DNA from: Thermoproteota archaeon
Lineage (GTDB): Archaea; Korarchaeota; Korarchaeia; Korarchaeales; Korarchaeaceae
Assembly (NCBI GenBank): GCA_027491735.1
Contig: JAOZGP010000038.1
Coordinates: 1-45,985 of the forward strand
Length of the DNA stretch: 45,985 bases
Reading direction: 5' to 3'
Made by a program: the position numbers and the translations under genes. A model generated the notes under the pieces. That model saw only the letters and a list, made by a program, of their open reading frames with translations. It searched no databases and was not told the origin of the DNA. Positions 17,318-27,582 of this stretch are shown here, piece after piece (position 1 is the first letter of the stretch; every line of letters begins with the position of its first letter).

Positions 17318-18196
17318 TTGACAAAACTCACAAGAAGAGATTTTCTGAAAACAATCGCTGCTTCCGGACTCGCCGCTGCTGTAGGAGCTATTGGAAGTGG
17401 AGTATCCGAAGCTGAGGCTCAGGAGGAGAGATACAGCTTCCTTTACAACTCTGAGGCATGTATAGGATGTAATGCTTGTACCGTAGCATGCAAGACACGA
17501 AGAGGGTTTCCGATAAGCGGACAAATGCCTGACAAACTCTCGGGAACCACGTGGCTCTATGTGACCAGGGCGGAGGAGGGCAAAGGACCCTACATAAGGC
17601 ACTCCTGCATGCACTGTGGAGATCCGATGTGCATGACAGTCTGTCCTGCTGGGGCCATAAAGAAGTGGAATGGACTTGTGTACATAGATCCATCCTTGTG
17701 CATAGGATGCAGATACTGCGTGGAGGCATGTCTGTTTCACATCCCACACTTCAACGCTGAGTGGGGGATCGGAGAGTGGGCCCCGCCAAATGTGAGTAGG
17801 AAGTGTGATGGATGCTATGCATTCGTTCAGAAAGGGAAGCTGCCCGCCTGTGTGGAGGTGTGCCCAACTCACGCTATAAGGTTTGGAAAGAGGCGTGAAA
17901 TAGTGGCGTTAGCGAAGAAGATAGTTGCTCAGAATCCGAATCTATGGATCTACGGGTTGGAGGAACTCGGAGGGCTCGGCGTTCTTTACATCTTCAGAAA
18001 AGAATTTGATCCCGTCAGGGATGGAGTATTCCCGAAGATACCGGAGGCCTATCCACAGAAGGTGATCACAGGTCCTCTCGCCATATTCTTAGCAGGATTT
18101 GGTGGTTTATTGACGGCCGGATACTTTGATCTCAAGTACAGAGCAGAGGAGGAAGAAGCAGAGAGTCAGAAGAAGGAAGGAGCGGAAGGGGGCTGA
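17318..18196 (+). CDS. HybA/NrfC-like 4x[4Fe-4S] electron-transfer subunit, Tat-exported
   Basis: LTRRDFLK Tat motif; CIGCNAC..C, CMHC..P.C..VCP, CIGCRYC..AC, KCDGC..PACVEVCP; C-terminal TM. Confidence 0.9.
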   Translation: MTKLTRRDFLKTIAASGLAAAVGAIGSGVSEAEAQEERYSFLYNSEACIGCNACTVACKTRRGFPISGQMPDKLSGTTWLYVTRAEEGKGPYIRHSCMHCGDPMCMTVCPAGAIKKWNGLVYIDPSLCIGCRYCVEACLFHIPHFNAEWGIGEWAPPNVSRKCDGCYAFVQKGKLPACVEVCPTHAIRFGKRREIVALAKKIVAQNPNLWIYGLEELGGLGVLYIFRKEFDPVRDGVFPKIPEAYPQKVITGPLAIFLAGFGGLLTAGYFDLKYRAEEEEAESQKKEGAEGG

Positions 18197-18201
18197 TCCT
18201 C

Positions 18202-19065
18202 ATGATGATCACCTGGGGAATCTACATAGCCTTGTATCTATTCCTTGGTGGAGTGGCTGCTGGCTGTTTTGCATCAGCGGCCCTGCTAGACCTTTACGGA
18301 GGAGAGAAGTACAGAGAGCCCATCAAGTGGGGAGCCTACTGGTCCTGGGTTCTAATGGTCATCGGCATCGCTTTGCTCGTCGTAGACCTCGGCAGGCCGG
18401 AGAGAGCCTCCAACCCCATACTTCATCCGAACCTGTTGTCTCCGATGGGAGGAGGTACTCTCATCATAAACATCTTCATGATACTGGCTCTGATCTATTG
18501 GCTGATATACACGAGGATCCCGAGAATCATCTTGAGAAGGGACCTCATCGTGCTCAGACTCCCAGTGATATATCTGGGATGCATATTCGCCTTCATGACA
18601 GGCGCTTACACAGGGATCCTCCTCTCCTACGGAAGCCCACCTCTGTGGGCCACATCTTCGCTGGGAATACTGTTCTTAGCGTCTGCACTGGCGACAGGCT
18701 ACGCCTTCTTCATCCTTGTGTGGGCTATAGTTGATAAGAAGACTTTTGAGGAGCTACATCCATCCCTAGGAAAGATCGAGGCCGTCTTGGGGGTTTTGGA
18801 GCTTATCGCCTTGCTACAGTACACATCCGTGATACCGATGAAGTACAAGGTGGCCCTTCTGGGGATGAGCAATCTATATAGCGCTGTATTCATGTCGGTG
18901 TTCGTCCTGCTTGGTATACTCATAGGGGAGATAGGCCTTCCTCTGTTCATGGCCAAGCCTAGGAAGGGACTCCTCGCTCTGCTATGCCTATCAGCGGCCC
19001 TAGTCCTTATAGGGGGGTTCGTCCTCAGGTATGTGGTGATCTACCTGGGGCAGATAACTGCTTAG
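18202..19065 (+). CDS. NrfD/PsrC (HybB-like) quinone-interacting membrane subunit
   Basis: WG.YIALYLFLGG.AAG, DLGRPER, SPM, YTGILL, PLW, LRY; about 8 TM. Confidence 0.9.
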   Translation: MMITWGIYIALYLFLGGVAAGCFASAALLDLYGGEKYREPIKWGAYWSWVLMVIGIALLVVDLGRPERASNPILHPNLLSPMGGGTLIINIFMILALIYWLIYTRIPRIILRRDLIVLRLPVIYLGCIFAFMTGAYTGILLSYGSPPLWATSSLGILFLASALATGYAFFILVWAIVDKKTFEELHPSLGKIEAVLGVLELIALLQYTSVIPMKYKVALLGMSNLYSAVFMSVFVLLGILIGEIGLPLFMAKPRKGLLALLCLSAALVLIGGFVLRYVVIYLGQITA

Positions 19066-19080
19066 GCAGTGACCACAGCT

Positions 19081-19100
19081 CCTCCTCTTTTTATTCTTTC
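19081..19100 (+). terminator. Pyrimidine/T-rich archaeal terminator-like tract after hydrogenase structural genes
   Basis: cctcctcttttttattctttc directly after the nrfD-like stop. Confidence 0.4.
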
Positions 19101-19117
19101 TAAGCTTCTTCTGATGG

Positions 19118-19558
19118 GTGATGTCTCTGCACGAATGGGCAGTAGCTGATGCCATAGTCTCCTCGCTGGTCAACTTCTGCTCCTCGAGAGGAGCTAGCAG
19201 GATATTGAAGGTTGAGATCGTTTACGGGGAGGCCATGGAGTACAACCTCGAAGTTCTCAGGGATGCTGTTGAGTATCTTTCCAAGGGAACTCCACTGGAG
19301 GGAGCTGAGATAGTCTTCAAGGAGGAGAAGAGCATATTCAGGTGTAACGCCTGTGGAGCTAAATGGGACATAGCTGAGGCTGAGAGACTGATAAACAGAG
19401 CCCTCAAAGTGGAGGAAGAAGGTGAAGGATTTGAGAGTCCGCTTCACTTCATACCGGAGCTGGCGTCCTCCCTGATGAGGTGTCCAAAGTGCGGAAGTCC
19501 TGATGTCGAGATGGTAGAGGGAGACTCCGTCAGAGTTTCTAAGGTGGTGATGGGCTAA
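19118..19558 (+). CDS. hypA: Hydrogenase nickel incorporation protein HypA
   Basis: N-terminal LHEW, CNAC and CPKC zinc motifs with archaeal HFIPE insert. Confidence 0.92.
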   Translation: MMSLHEWAVADAIVSSLVNFCSSRGASRILKVEIVYGEAMEYNLEVLRDAVEYLSKGTPLEGAEIVFKEEKSIFRCNACGAKWDIAEAERLINRALKVEEEGEGFESPLHFIPELASSLMRCPKCGSPDVEMVEGDSVRVSKVVMG

Positions 19559-20319
19559 TGTCCGAGGATCTCAAGCAGTTCTCCATACTGAGATCGGAGG
19601 CCCTGAAAAGAATAGATAGCTCGAAGGTGTTCTTGGTCGGCTCGGGAAAAGGTGGAGTCGGGAAAAGCATCGTCTCAAGCCTAGTAGCTCTGGAATTAGC
19701 CTCTAGAGGAACGAAGGTCGGCCTTCTTGATGCTGACGTACATGGCTCAAGTGTTCCAACTATACTAGGTGTGAATAAGGTCATCAGTGTTGGAAGGATG
19801 GGATTTCACCCGATCGAGTTCGAGAGCGTAAAGATCATGTCCTTGGGGCTGATCACCGAGGATGAGGTAGTCCCCCTGAGGGGGGAGAGGAAATCCGGGG
19901 TCATAGCTTGGCTGCTCTCCATGACGAACTGGGGAGATCTGGACTATCTAGTTGTCGATCTCCCACCAGGAACAGGAGATGAGGTTCTGTCTACACTAAG
20001 GCTCACTGATGGCCTGGTGAGGAGGAGCTTGGCCGTTAGCACTCCATCAGCCGTGGCTATCAGGGTGGCAAGAAAGTATGTTTCCCTCATGAGGGAGGAG
20101 AAGGTTGACGTTATTGGCGTGATAAATATGGCCTACAGCCTCGATGGAACTTCGTCACTGTTCGGAGAGGCGGAAGATCTTGGGGTGAGCAAGGTGTTCA
20201 GGCTTCCCATAGATCCCGGAGTGGAGGAGTTCATCAGGGGAGTCAGAAGCTGGAGAGATCTATCGAGTGATATGTTGAAAGGCGTGAGGGAGATCGTTGA
20301 CGAGCTAATTTCCATATGA
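19558..20319 (+). CDS. Mrp/MinD (ApbC/NBP35-like) P-loop ATPase; probable ATPase-type HypB
   Basis: SGKGGVGKS, DADVHG, DLPPGTGDE; translationally coupled to hypA; no Cys in the sequence. Confidence 0.8.
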   Translation: MSEDLKQFSILRSEALKRIDSSKVFLVGSGKGGVGKSIVSSLVALELASRGTKVGLLDADVHGSSVPTILGVNKVISVGRMGFHPIEFESVKIMSLGLITEDEVVPLRGERKSGVIAWLLSMTNWGDLDYLVVDLPPGTGDEVLSTLRLTDGLVRRSLAVSTPSAVAIRVARKYVSLMREEKVDVIGVINMAYSLDGTSSLFGEAEDLGVSKVFRLPIDPGVEEFIRGVRSWRDLSSDMLKGVREIVDELISI

Positions 20320-20335
20320 GTGAGAGGGATTTCTC

Positions 20336-22600
20336 TTGAAGGCCTGGCTGATCAGGGTCGTGGGCGTAGTGCAGGGAGTTGGCTTCAGACCCTTCATCCA
20401 CAGGATAGCCACGAGATCAGGTCTCAGAGGATATGTGAGGAACCTCGGAGGTAGTGAGGTTGAGATCCTTATTGAGGGATCTGAGCAAGAGTTTGAGGTT
20501 TTTAAAAAGCTTCTCCTCACCGAGAAGCCTCCTCCAGCTAAGATAGAGGAGATTCGAGTGGATGAGGTGAAGCCATCCGGATTCACCGGGTTCAAGATAC
20601 TGAAGAGCGGAACCGAGAGAAAAAAGTATTCGATGATCCCTCCTGACTTCGCGATATGCAAGGACTGCCTGCAAGAGATCCTCGATCCAGAGGACAGAAG
20701 GTTCGGTTACGTGTTGAACAGCTGTGCTTTGTGTGGACCTAGATTCAGCATGATGTACACTGTTCCTTACGATAGGGAAAACACTGCTATGAAGGATTTT
20801 CCGATGTGTGATGAGTGCAGAAGTGAGTATGAGGATCCTGAAAACATGAGAAGATTTCACGCTCAGGGAATCTGCTGTCGGAAGTGTGGCCCGAGAATCT
20901 GGTTGGAGACTTGTGATGGGGAGATCGTCGAGGAGGTGGACCCCATAAGAGAGGCGGCGAGGATCCTAGACGAGGGAGGGATCGTGGGCGTTAAGGGGGT
21001 CGGAGGGTATCATATAGCTGCCTCGGCCACGGATGACGAGGTTGTCATGGAGCTCAGGAGAAGAAAGGAGAGGCCACAGAAACCATTCGCCCTCATGGCC
21101 CTTGATATAAAGGTCGTCAGAAGGCATGCTTACACATGTGATCTCCTGGAAAGAGCTCTGAGCAGTCCTGAGAGACCTATAGTTCTCTTTCCCAGGCGAG
21201 AGGACAGTCTCATCTCTGACCTCGTTGCACCCGGTCTCGATCTAGTGGGAATCATGCTCCCCTACACAGGGATCCACTACCTCCTCCTGTCCAATGTCAG
21301 AGACGAGATACTGATAATGACTAGCGGGAACAGAAAGAATCTTCCCATGTGCAAGGATCCGGAGATTGCTAGGAGAGAGATAGGTGGGTTCGTTGACTAC
21401 TTTCTTCAACATAACAGGAGGATAGTTAACAGGGTGGACGACAGCGTGATCAGGCCCACAGCAGGAAGGATTACAATGATAAGGAGGTCCAGAGGATATG
21501 CACCGACCTGGATAAGAATAAAAGGGGAGTTTGAGAGGCCTGTTGTAGCTTTTGGAGCTGAGCTGCAGAACACTGGAGCTGTGGCCTTTGATGATAAGAT
21601 CATACTGACGCAGTATGTAGGCGATACTGACGTCTACGAGAATCTGATCGACCTGGACTCGTTCTTGAGGTTCTTTGTGAACTGCTACGGAATCGACGTC
21701 TCCAAGGCCGTTCTTGTGGCTGACATGCATCCAGGTTACCTCTCGAGGAAGCTCGCTGAGATGTGGGCTGAGAGATCCGAAGCTGAGGTCGTGCTGGTCC
21801 AGCACCACCACGCTCATGTGCTCAGCGTGGCTGCTGAGAGGGGGATCAGAGAGAAAACAATAGGAATAGCTGTCGATGGGCTTGGTTACGGGACGGATGG
21901 AACCCTGTGGGGAGGTGAGGTTCTAGAGTTCGATCTGGAGGGCTTTAGGAGAATAGCTCATCTCAGACCACAACCGATGCCAGGAGGGGATAGGGCAACC
22001 AGGTATCCTGTGAGGATGCTCGTGGGAATTCTCTCCACTTTCATGGAGGAAGATGAGATCCTGGAGGTCCTCACAACTAGAGATCTTATCAAGGGTTTAC
22101 CTGGAGGATTGAGGGAGTTGGAGATCTGTTTGAGCCAGATCCCAGACTCTCCTAGGATATCCAGCATGGGCAGAGTCCTGGACGCCATCTCAGCGTTGTT
22201 GGGGATCTGTATGGAGAGGACCTATGAAGGAGAGCCTGCCATGAAGCTTGAGGCAGTGGCCTCCAAGGGAAGAAGAATTTTGGGTGGATTCGAGTTGGGG
22301 TGCGGGCCTGTGATAGATACCTCGAAGCTGTTTGAGAAAATTTTGGAGGTGGAGGAGAGACCTGAGAACATAGCTTACACATGCATCTATGAACTCGGAA
22401 GAGCTCTTGCCAGGGCCTCCTCTAAATCGCAGGGTAAAGAGGTTTTAATGTCGGGTGGAGCAGCTGTGAACTCCTTACTTACCTTAGCTGTTGAGGAGGA
22501 GCTTAGATCTAAGGATATAAGGCTCTTCGTGAACGAGAGGGTTCCTCCAGGAGATGGAGGGATCTCTCTGGGACAGGTCTACAGGTGTTCGATCGATTAA
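20336..22600 (+). CDS. hypF: Carbamoyltransferase HypF
   Basis: Acylphosphatase GVVQGVGFRPF, zinc fingers, KGVGGYH, MTSGN, QHHHAH, DGGISLGQ. Confidence 0.97.
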   Translation: MKAWLIRVVGVVQGVGFRPFIHRIATRSGLRGYVRNLGGSEVEILIEGSEQEFEVFKKLLLTEKPPPAKIEEIRVDEVKPSGFTGFKILKSGTERKKYSMIPPDFAICKDCLQEILDPEDRRFGYVLNSCALCGPRFSMMYTVPYDRENTAMKDFPMCDECRSEYEDPENMRRFHAQGICCRKCGPRIWLETCDGEIVEEVDPIREAARILDEGGIVGVKGVGGYHIAASATDDEVVMELRRRKERPQKPFALMALDIKVVRRHAYTCDLLERALSSPERPIVLFPRREDSLISDLVAPGLDLVGIMLPYTGIHYLLLSNVRDEILIMTSGNRKNLPMCKDPEIARREIGGFVDYFLQHNRRIVNRVDDSVIRPTAGRITMIRRSRGYAPTWIRIKGEFERPVVAFGAELQNTGAVAFDDKIILTQYVGDTDVYENLIDLDSFLRFFVNCYGIDVSKAVLVADMHPGYLSRKLAEMWAERSEAEVVLVQHHHAHVLSVAAERGIREKTIGIAVDGLGYGTDGTLWGGEVLEFDLEGFRRIAHLRPQPMPGGDRATRYPVRMLVGILSTFMEEDEILEVLTTRDLIKGLPGGLRELEICLSQIPDSPRISSMGRVLDAISALLGICMERTYEGEPAMKLEAVASKGRRILGGFELGCGPVIDTSKLFEKILEVEERPENIAYTCIYELGRALARASSKSQGKEVLMSGGAAVNSLLTLAVEEELRSKDIRLFVNERVPPGDGGISLGQVYRCSID

Positions 22601-22933
22601 CACTCCTCCCTCGGCTAAGGACGTGTGGCCTAGTGAAAAGCGCAATATCTCAGCGTATGAAGAAGCGCACGGCTACATGGCAGGAGATGTTATGTAAGAG
22701 CGAGTTTACGGATCAGGGTACCAACCTGTGGAGGATTGCAAAGAGGTAGCAGTCCACTCCATCCTGTTCCTGAGAACATCAATGCAGGATGAGATATTCC
22801 TTCTCAGTAGCCTTCACTTAAAGAGAAGACAGCAGGAGCAATAGACTCCAAAACTTTACTAGAAGCTCTTTAATCCTAAAAAGCTTGCCTTTAATGAAGT
22901 TCTTCTAAGGTAAGGAATACAGCTTAGCGTTGT

Positions 22934-24046
22934 TTAGATCCCAAGCTCCTTGGTAAGCTTCTGAGCCAACCCTCCTGATCCATGCCTAGCCCAGACGTTA
23001 CAGGTCCCCTCGGACGACACCATGCATGGGCCGTAAGGTCGAGAGGGGGTGCACCTCCTCATGAAGAGCGGGCAGTCGGTTGGTCTGGCCATACCCAATG
23101 TCACCTCTGCGCACTTGCATCCCGGAGGGAGATCTCTGCTGGTAGAGCTTGGCTCCTCTATGCCGTACACCCTCAGTGCATCACTGGACGAGAACTCCTC
23201 TCTTAACCTCAGTCCGCTCCTTGGAATTGTTCCTATTCCTCTCCAAGGTGAGTCCACGACTTCAAAGGTCCTCCTTATAGCGAGTTGAGCCCTTTCATTA
23301 CCGTTCCATGTGACTACCCTTCTGTACTCGTTGTAGAGCCGTGGTTTGTCGCTCTTTATTTGTCTCAAGATCTCCAGTATGGAGAGCATTACATCAAGAG
23401 GCTCAAATCCTGAGATCACCGTGGGAATGCCGTACTCGTCAACGACAAAGCGCCAAGCCTTGGCCCCCGTTATAGTGGAGACATGTCCAGGGGCTATGAC
23501 TCCTCTTATGGGAGAGCCCGGATGCTCGTCCAGCACGTACCTCATCACGGGGGGAGTCAGCCGATGTGCCACTATGAAGAGGATTCCCTTCCCAACGGAG
23601 TCAGCTGTTGCTGGAGCCGTGGTCTCAAAACCAGGAGCTAAGAATATAGATCTCTCATTGGCCTGATTCAGGGCGTCCTGTATGCTGTAAACTATCCTCA
23701 CATCTGCTCCAGTGGATTTAGCCTCTTCTAGACTGTTAGGGAGACCTTTAGAGGTCCAGCTGGGTAATCTATACATATCCCCATACGTGAAGATCCTGAA
23801 CCCCTCCATTGCGAACTTCACAGCGATCTCGACATAGAACCCAGGGGTTATGCAGACTGGACATCCAGGTCCTGCCACGAGCTCCACGTTCTCTGGCAGT
23901 AGACTCCTGAGTCCGAAGTGCGTTATCGTCCACTCGTGAGTTCCACAGAAGTTCATTATCTTTACATCATCTAAGCCCCTTGCCTCCCTCTTTATGACCT
24001 CAGCAATTCTAAGGATGAGTTCTCTTGATCTGAACTGAGGGAGCAT
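22934..24046 (-). CDS. hypD: Hydrogenase formation protein HypD
   Basis: CGTHE, GPGCPVC, GFETTAP, PGHVST, GPCMVSSEGTC. Confidence 0.97.
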   Translation of the reverse strand: MLPQFRSRELILRIAEVIKREARGLDDVKIMNFCGTHEWTITHFGLRSLLPENVELVAGPGCPVCITPGFYVEIAVKFAMEGFRIFTYGDMYRLPSWTSKGLPNSLEEAKSTGADVRIVYSIQDALNQANERSIFLAPGFETTAPATADSVGKGILFIVAHRLTPPVMRYVLDEHPGSPIRGVIAPGHVSTITGAKAWRFVVDEYGIPTVISGFEPLDVMLSILEILRQIKSDKPRLYNEYRRVVTWNGNERAQLAIRRTFEVVDSPWRGIGTIPRSGLRLREEFSSSDALRVYGIEEPSSTSRDLPPGCKCAEVTLGMARPTDCPLFMRRCTPSRPYGPCMVSSEGTCNVWARHGSGGLAQKLTKELGI

Positions 24047-24144
24047 CCGAAAAAGCTGAGAAGAAGGATCCTATAAACTTACTCATCTGAGGAGCTCCAT
24101 CAGATCGAGGAAAGTTTAAGATATACCCCTTGCCGGATCCATCG

Positions 24145-24369
24145 ATGTGTTTAGGAATACCTGGAAAGGTTGTGAAGGTCGACGGGGAAAAAGTTCTCGT
24201 GGACTTCGGAGGGATTAGGAGAAGGGTCATCTCACCCTTCGAGGAGGTATCTCCAGGGGATTATGTGATAGTTCATGTTGGGATGGTCATCTCCAAAATG
24301 AACGAGAGAGAGGCTCTGGAGACACTAAACCTCCTTAAGGAGGTTGAGGATCTCATCTATAGGTCGTGA
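24145..24369 (+). CDS. hypC: Hydrogenase assembly chaperone HypC
   Basis: MCLGIPG N-terminus (start moved to ATG 24145), GDYVIVHVG. Confidence 0.95.
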   Translation: MCLGIPGKVVKVDGEKVLVDFGGIRRRVISPFEEVSPGDYVIVHVGMVISKMNEREALETLNLLKEVEDLIYRS

Positions 24370-24381
24370 GAGGATTTAAGA

Positions 24382-25407
24382 ATGGACGTGATAACCCTCT
24401 CACATGGCTCGGGAGGAGTTGAGACTGAAAAACTCTTGAAGAGGCTGATTCTATCAAAACTGAAGGATGAGATGAAGAGGGCTCTGGGAGGCATCGGTAC
24501 CGATGAGCTAGATGACGGGGCCACACTCAGAATCAGCAACTCCTTCTTGGTCGCTTCCATGGACTCGTACACAGTCAACCCACCCTTCTTTCCTGGAGGG
24601 AATGTCGGAGAGCTGGCGGCCTCTGGAACGATAAATGACGTCCTGGTGATGGGTGGGAATCCCGTTGCGATCTTGGACTCAGTAGTTTTCGAGGAAGGAT
24701 TTCCTATGAAGAGGGCTGATGAGATCCTGAACTCCTTCTTAGACGTCCTTCGCAAGGAGAAAGTTAGTTTGATAGGCGGCGATCTGAAGGTCATGCCCAG
24801 AGGTCAACTTGATGGCGTCCTAATAGCCACTGTGGGACTCGGAATTGCGACCCGTCCGGTAGTCGACTCAAACCTCAAAGAGGGCGACAGGCTGATAATC
24901 ACAGGAAGCATCGGAGAGCATGGGGCAGCAATACTAGCAGCTCAGAGGGGATTTGATGTCGAGTCCGAGGGACTGAAGAGCGACGTCAGGACTCTGAGCT
25001 TTATGAGAGATCTCATATCGAAGTTCGGTGAGGATATACATGCTGCCAGGGATCCCACGAGAGGAGGACTAGCCGGCTCTCTCAACGAATGGGCCAAGAA
25101 GACGGGTCTTGTTCTCGTGGTTGATGAGGAGAGAATACCTGTCAGAGAAGAGGTCAGAGCCTTCACCGAACTCTTGGGAGTGGATCCTCTGACTCTTGCA
25201 TGTGAGGGAAGGGCTCTCCTCGGTGTCAGCTCAGAGTCCGTAGAGGAGATCTTATCATTCCTCGAGAACAGAGGTGAGGCTCCGAGCCTCATTGGAGAGG
25301 TGCACAAGAGCAAGAGATTTGAGGGTATAGTCCTACTTAAGACAATATCTGGAGGATCGAGGATCCTGGAACCACCATCAGGGGAAATAGTACCTAGGAT
25401 CTGTTGA
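24382..25407 (+). CDS. hypE: Carbamoyl dehydratase HypE
   Basis: LSHGSGG, GTINDV, GGDLKV, RDPTRGG, C-terminal PRIC. Confidence 0.97.
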   Translation: MDVITLSHGSGGVETEKLLKRLILSKLKDEMKRALGGIGTDELDDGATLRISNSFLVASMDSYTVNPPFFPGGNVGELAASGTINDVLVMGGNPVAILDSVVFEEGFPMKRADEILNSFLDVLRKEKVSLIGGDLKVMPRGQLDGVLIATVGLGIATRPVVDSNLKEGDRLIITGSIGEHGAAILAAQRGFDVESEGLKSDVRTLSFMRDLISKFGEDIHAARDPTRGGLAGSLNEWAKKTGLVLVVDEERIPVREEVRAFTELLGVDPLTLACEGRALLGVSSESVEEILSFLENRGEAPSLIGEVHKSKRFEGIVLLKTISGGSRILEPPSGEIVPRIC

Positions 25408-25444
25408 CCAGCCCAAAAATACAGAAAGTTTATATGAATTCGTC

Positions 25445-26341
25445 CTAGTACTGCGATCTACCACAAAATGGACAAAATACCTCTCCCTCCTCAATTATCG
25501 CCCCGCAGTACTTGCACCGCCTTTCGATCTTTCTTGCCTCCTTCCCTCCCCCGCTTCTTTCCTTCTCATACCTTCTAGCTATTCTCATTGCCACTTCCAT
25601 CATCAGGAGCATTGGGAGGAACAGTGCTAGATCAGCTAAGGGACCGCCGTCGGGAGTTATGGCTGCTGTTATCACGAACAGAGCGACATAGAAATAGAGT
25701 CTGTTTTTCTCAACGGTGGAGGTGCTCAGCACACCGAACCTGACGAGGAGCACATATATCACGGGCATGGTGAAGGAGAACCCGGTGAATATCACAGTCA
25801 AGAAGATCAGTGAGTAGAAATCGTAGATGTTTATGACCATCTTGGCTCCTACAAGGTTGAAGAAAGGTATCATAGCCCATATGACGAAGGGAGCTATGAC
25901 TAGATAACCGAAAACCGCTCCAGCGATGAAGAGTGCGGTGAAGGCAACGGTAGAAGGGTATATCATTCTCCTCTCGTGCTCGTACAGGGCTGGATCTATG
26001 TACTTGTAAATCTCATAGACTATGACGGGCAAACTAAATACGAATCCGAAGAGCACCGAGGTCAAGAAGTATAGCTCCAGAGGAGTTGAGAAATTAAGGC
26101 CTATGAGGGTCACTCCTGTTATCTTTATGCCTATTATCCCTCCGCTGAGGACCTGCTCCCTGACCCTCCGTAGAATAAGTCCTATGAGAGGCTCATAAAA
26201 GCCGGAGAGGGAAAATATCTCTGTTGGATTCGCTGGAGCGACCAGCAATATCAGGGTTATCACTAGGAAGGGATAGAGAGCTTTTCTGAGCCTTGTCGAG
26301 AGTTCCACTACGTGATCCCAGAAGGATGCTTCACTATCCAT
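25445..26341 (-). CDS. tatC: Twin-arginine translocase TatC with C-terminal zinc ribbon
   Basis: FWDHVVEL..RL, PALYEHE, AAITPD; tail CKYCG...FCPFCG. Confidence 0.9.
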   Translation of the reverse strand: MDSEASFWDHVVELSTRLRKALYPFLVITLILLVAPANPTEIFSLSGFYEPLIGLILRRVREQVLSGGIIGIKITGVTLIGLNFSTPLELYFLTSVLFGFVFSLPVIVYEIYKYIDPALYEHERRMIYPSTVAFTALFIAGAVFGYLVIAPFVIWAMIPFFNLVGAKMVINIYDFYSLIFLTVIFTGFSFTMPVIYVLLVRFGVLSTSTVEKNRLYFYVALFVITAAITPDGGPLADLALFLPMLLMMEVAMRIARRYEKERSGGGKEARKIERRCKYCGAIIEEGEVFCPFCGRSQY

Positions 26342-26393
26342 GCTCTATCACTGTAGCCAGCTTGTAACTTTTCGCTATTCTCTGAGGATGGGT

Positions 26394-26663
26394 TCACTTC
26401 TTCTTTGAGGTTTTCTCAGCAATCTCTTTGAGGATCTCCTCTTTGGTCTTTCCAGCGGTATCTATACCAAGCTCCTTAGCTAGCTCCAGTATCTTCTTGT
26501 CTGGATCTGAGGATGATGAATCCATTTCCCCTTTAGATGCCCTCTCAAACTCCTTTTTTGCCTGGCCTATTGACCTGGCCAGCTCAGGAAGCTTCTGGGG
26601 CCCCCATATTATGATAGCTATGATTATTATACCAATTATTACGGTTTCCCAACCACTGAACAT
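26394..26663 (-). CDS. tatA: Twin-arginine translocase TatA/TatE
   Basis: N-terminal TM, WGPQKLPELARSIGQAKKEF. Confidence 0.92.
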   Translation of the reverse strand: MFSGWETVIIGIIIIAIIIWGPQKLPELARSIGQAKKEFERASKGEMDSSSSDPDKKILELAKELGIDTAGKTKEEILKEIAEKTSKKK

Positions 26664-26761
26664 TTTCCTCTCGTGATTGCTTACACCGAGTCTCTTATAT
26701 AAAGATTTGCAGGTAAAAAGGTTGGAGAAGGCCCTGAGGATTTCAGAAAAATTTTTTGTCC

Positions 26762-27550
26762 TTACTCCAGAGGAACAACGCCTTCTCCACGTTTTATATC
26801 AAAAGTCATCCACTCACCCCTATGGTGAACACCACTCATCCTTCTGACCCTTATCTGTTTTATGAGAAGACCTTTCTGAAGTCCAGTTGGGCTGAACCTA
26901 AGATCCACTATACCATCATCAAAACACTCTAAAATAGTCCTGAACTGATCAAACACGCCAAAGTGGAGGGAGTAGACGAAGGGAACGAACAAGGTCTTAC
27001 AAACCTTGGCCTTGAGGTTCTTTAATGACTCAAGGAAGTCCGCCTGGTCGGAGACCACGGTCAATAGCTCTGTCATGGAGTCCACCAAGACCATCCCCCT
27101 CTCCACCATACCAAGCTCCTCGAGATCCCTCTCAAGGGAACTCCAGAGAAGGTCATAATTGTCGGGCTCGCTCACGAGATCAACTCCGAGGCTTATCTCA
27201 TCGGACAGCTTTTTTATCCGTTCTGGGATCTTTCTTGGCTTGTATTTCTCAAGTCGATAGGAGAAACAGTCTAATATCTTGAAGGACCTGTTCTTCAGGA
27301 AGGGAAGAACGTTCCAATCCATTGTCAGAAACTTCTGCACGGTCGTCAGAGCTGTGTCCTCCATAGTCAGGAAAACCACCGGTTCTCCCATCTTGAGTGT
27401 TTTGTAGGCCATCTCAATGAGTAACATGCTTTTCCCGGTACCAGGTTCTCCCTGTACCGCCATGAGCGTGCTTCTGGGAAATCCCTCTGGAAGCAGGTAT
27501 TTCAGTATCTTAACTGGTGGCTTCATCATGGGTATCTCCAAGGAGGTCAC
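26762..27550 (-). CDS. KaiC/RAD55 family single-domain RecA-type ATPase
   Basis: GFPR, GEPGTGKS, VLVDSM, DGIVDL, IRVRRMSG. Confidence 0.85.
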   Translation of the reverse strand: MTSLEIPMMKPPVKILKYLLPEGFPRSTLMAVQGEPGTGKSMLLIEMAYKTLKMGEPVVFLTMEDTALTTVQKFLTMDWNVLPFLKNRSFKILDCFSYRLEKYKPRKIPERIKKLSDEISLGVDLVSEPDNYDLLWSSLERDLEELGMVERGMVLVDSMTELLTVVSDQADFLESLKNLKAKVCKTLFVPFVYSLHFGVFDQFRTILECFDDGIVDLRFSPTGLQKGLLIKQIRVRRMSGVHHRGEWMTFDIKRGEGVVPLE

Positions 27551-27582
27551 CGAGCTGATAACAAGAGCGCCTTACGTTTAAA

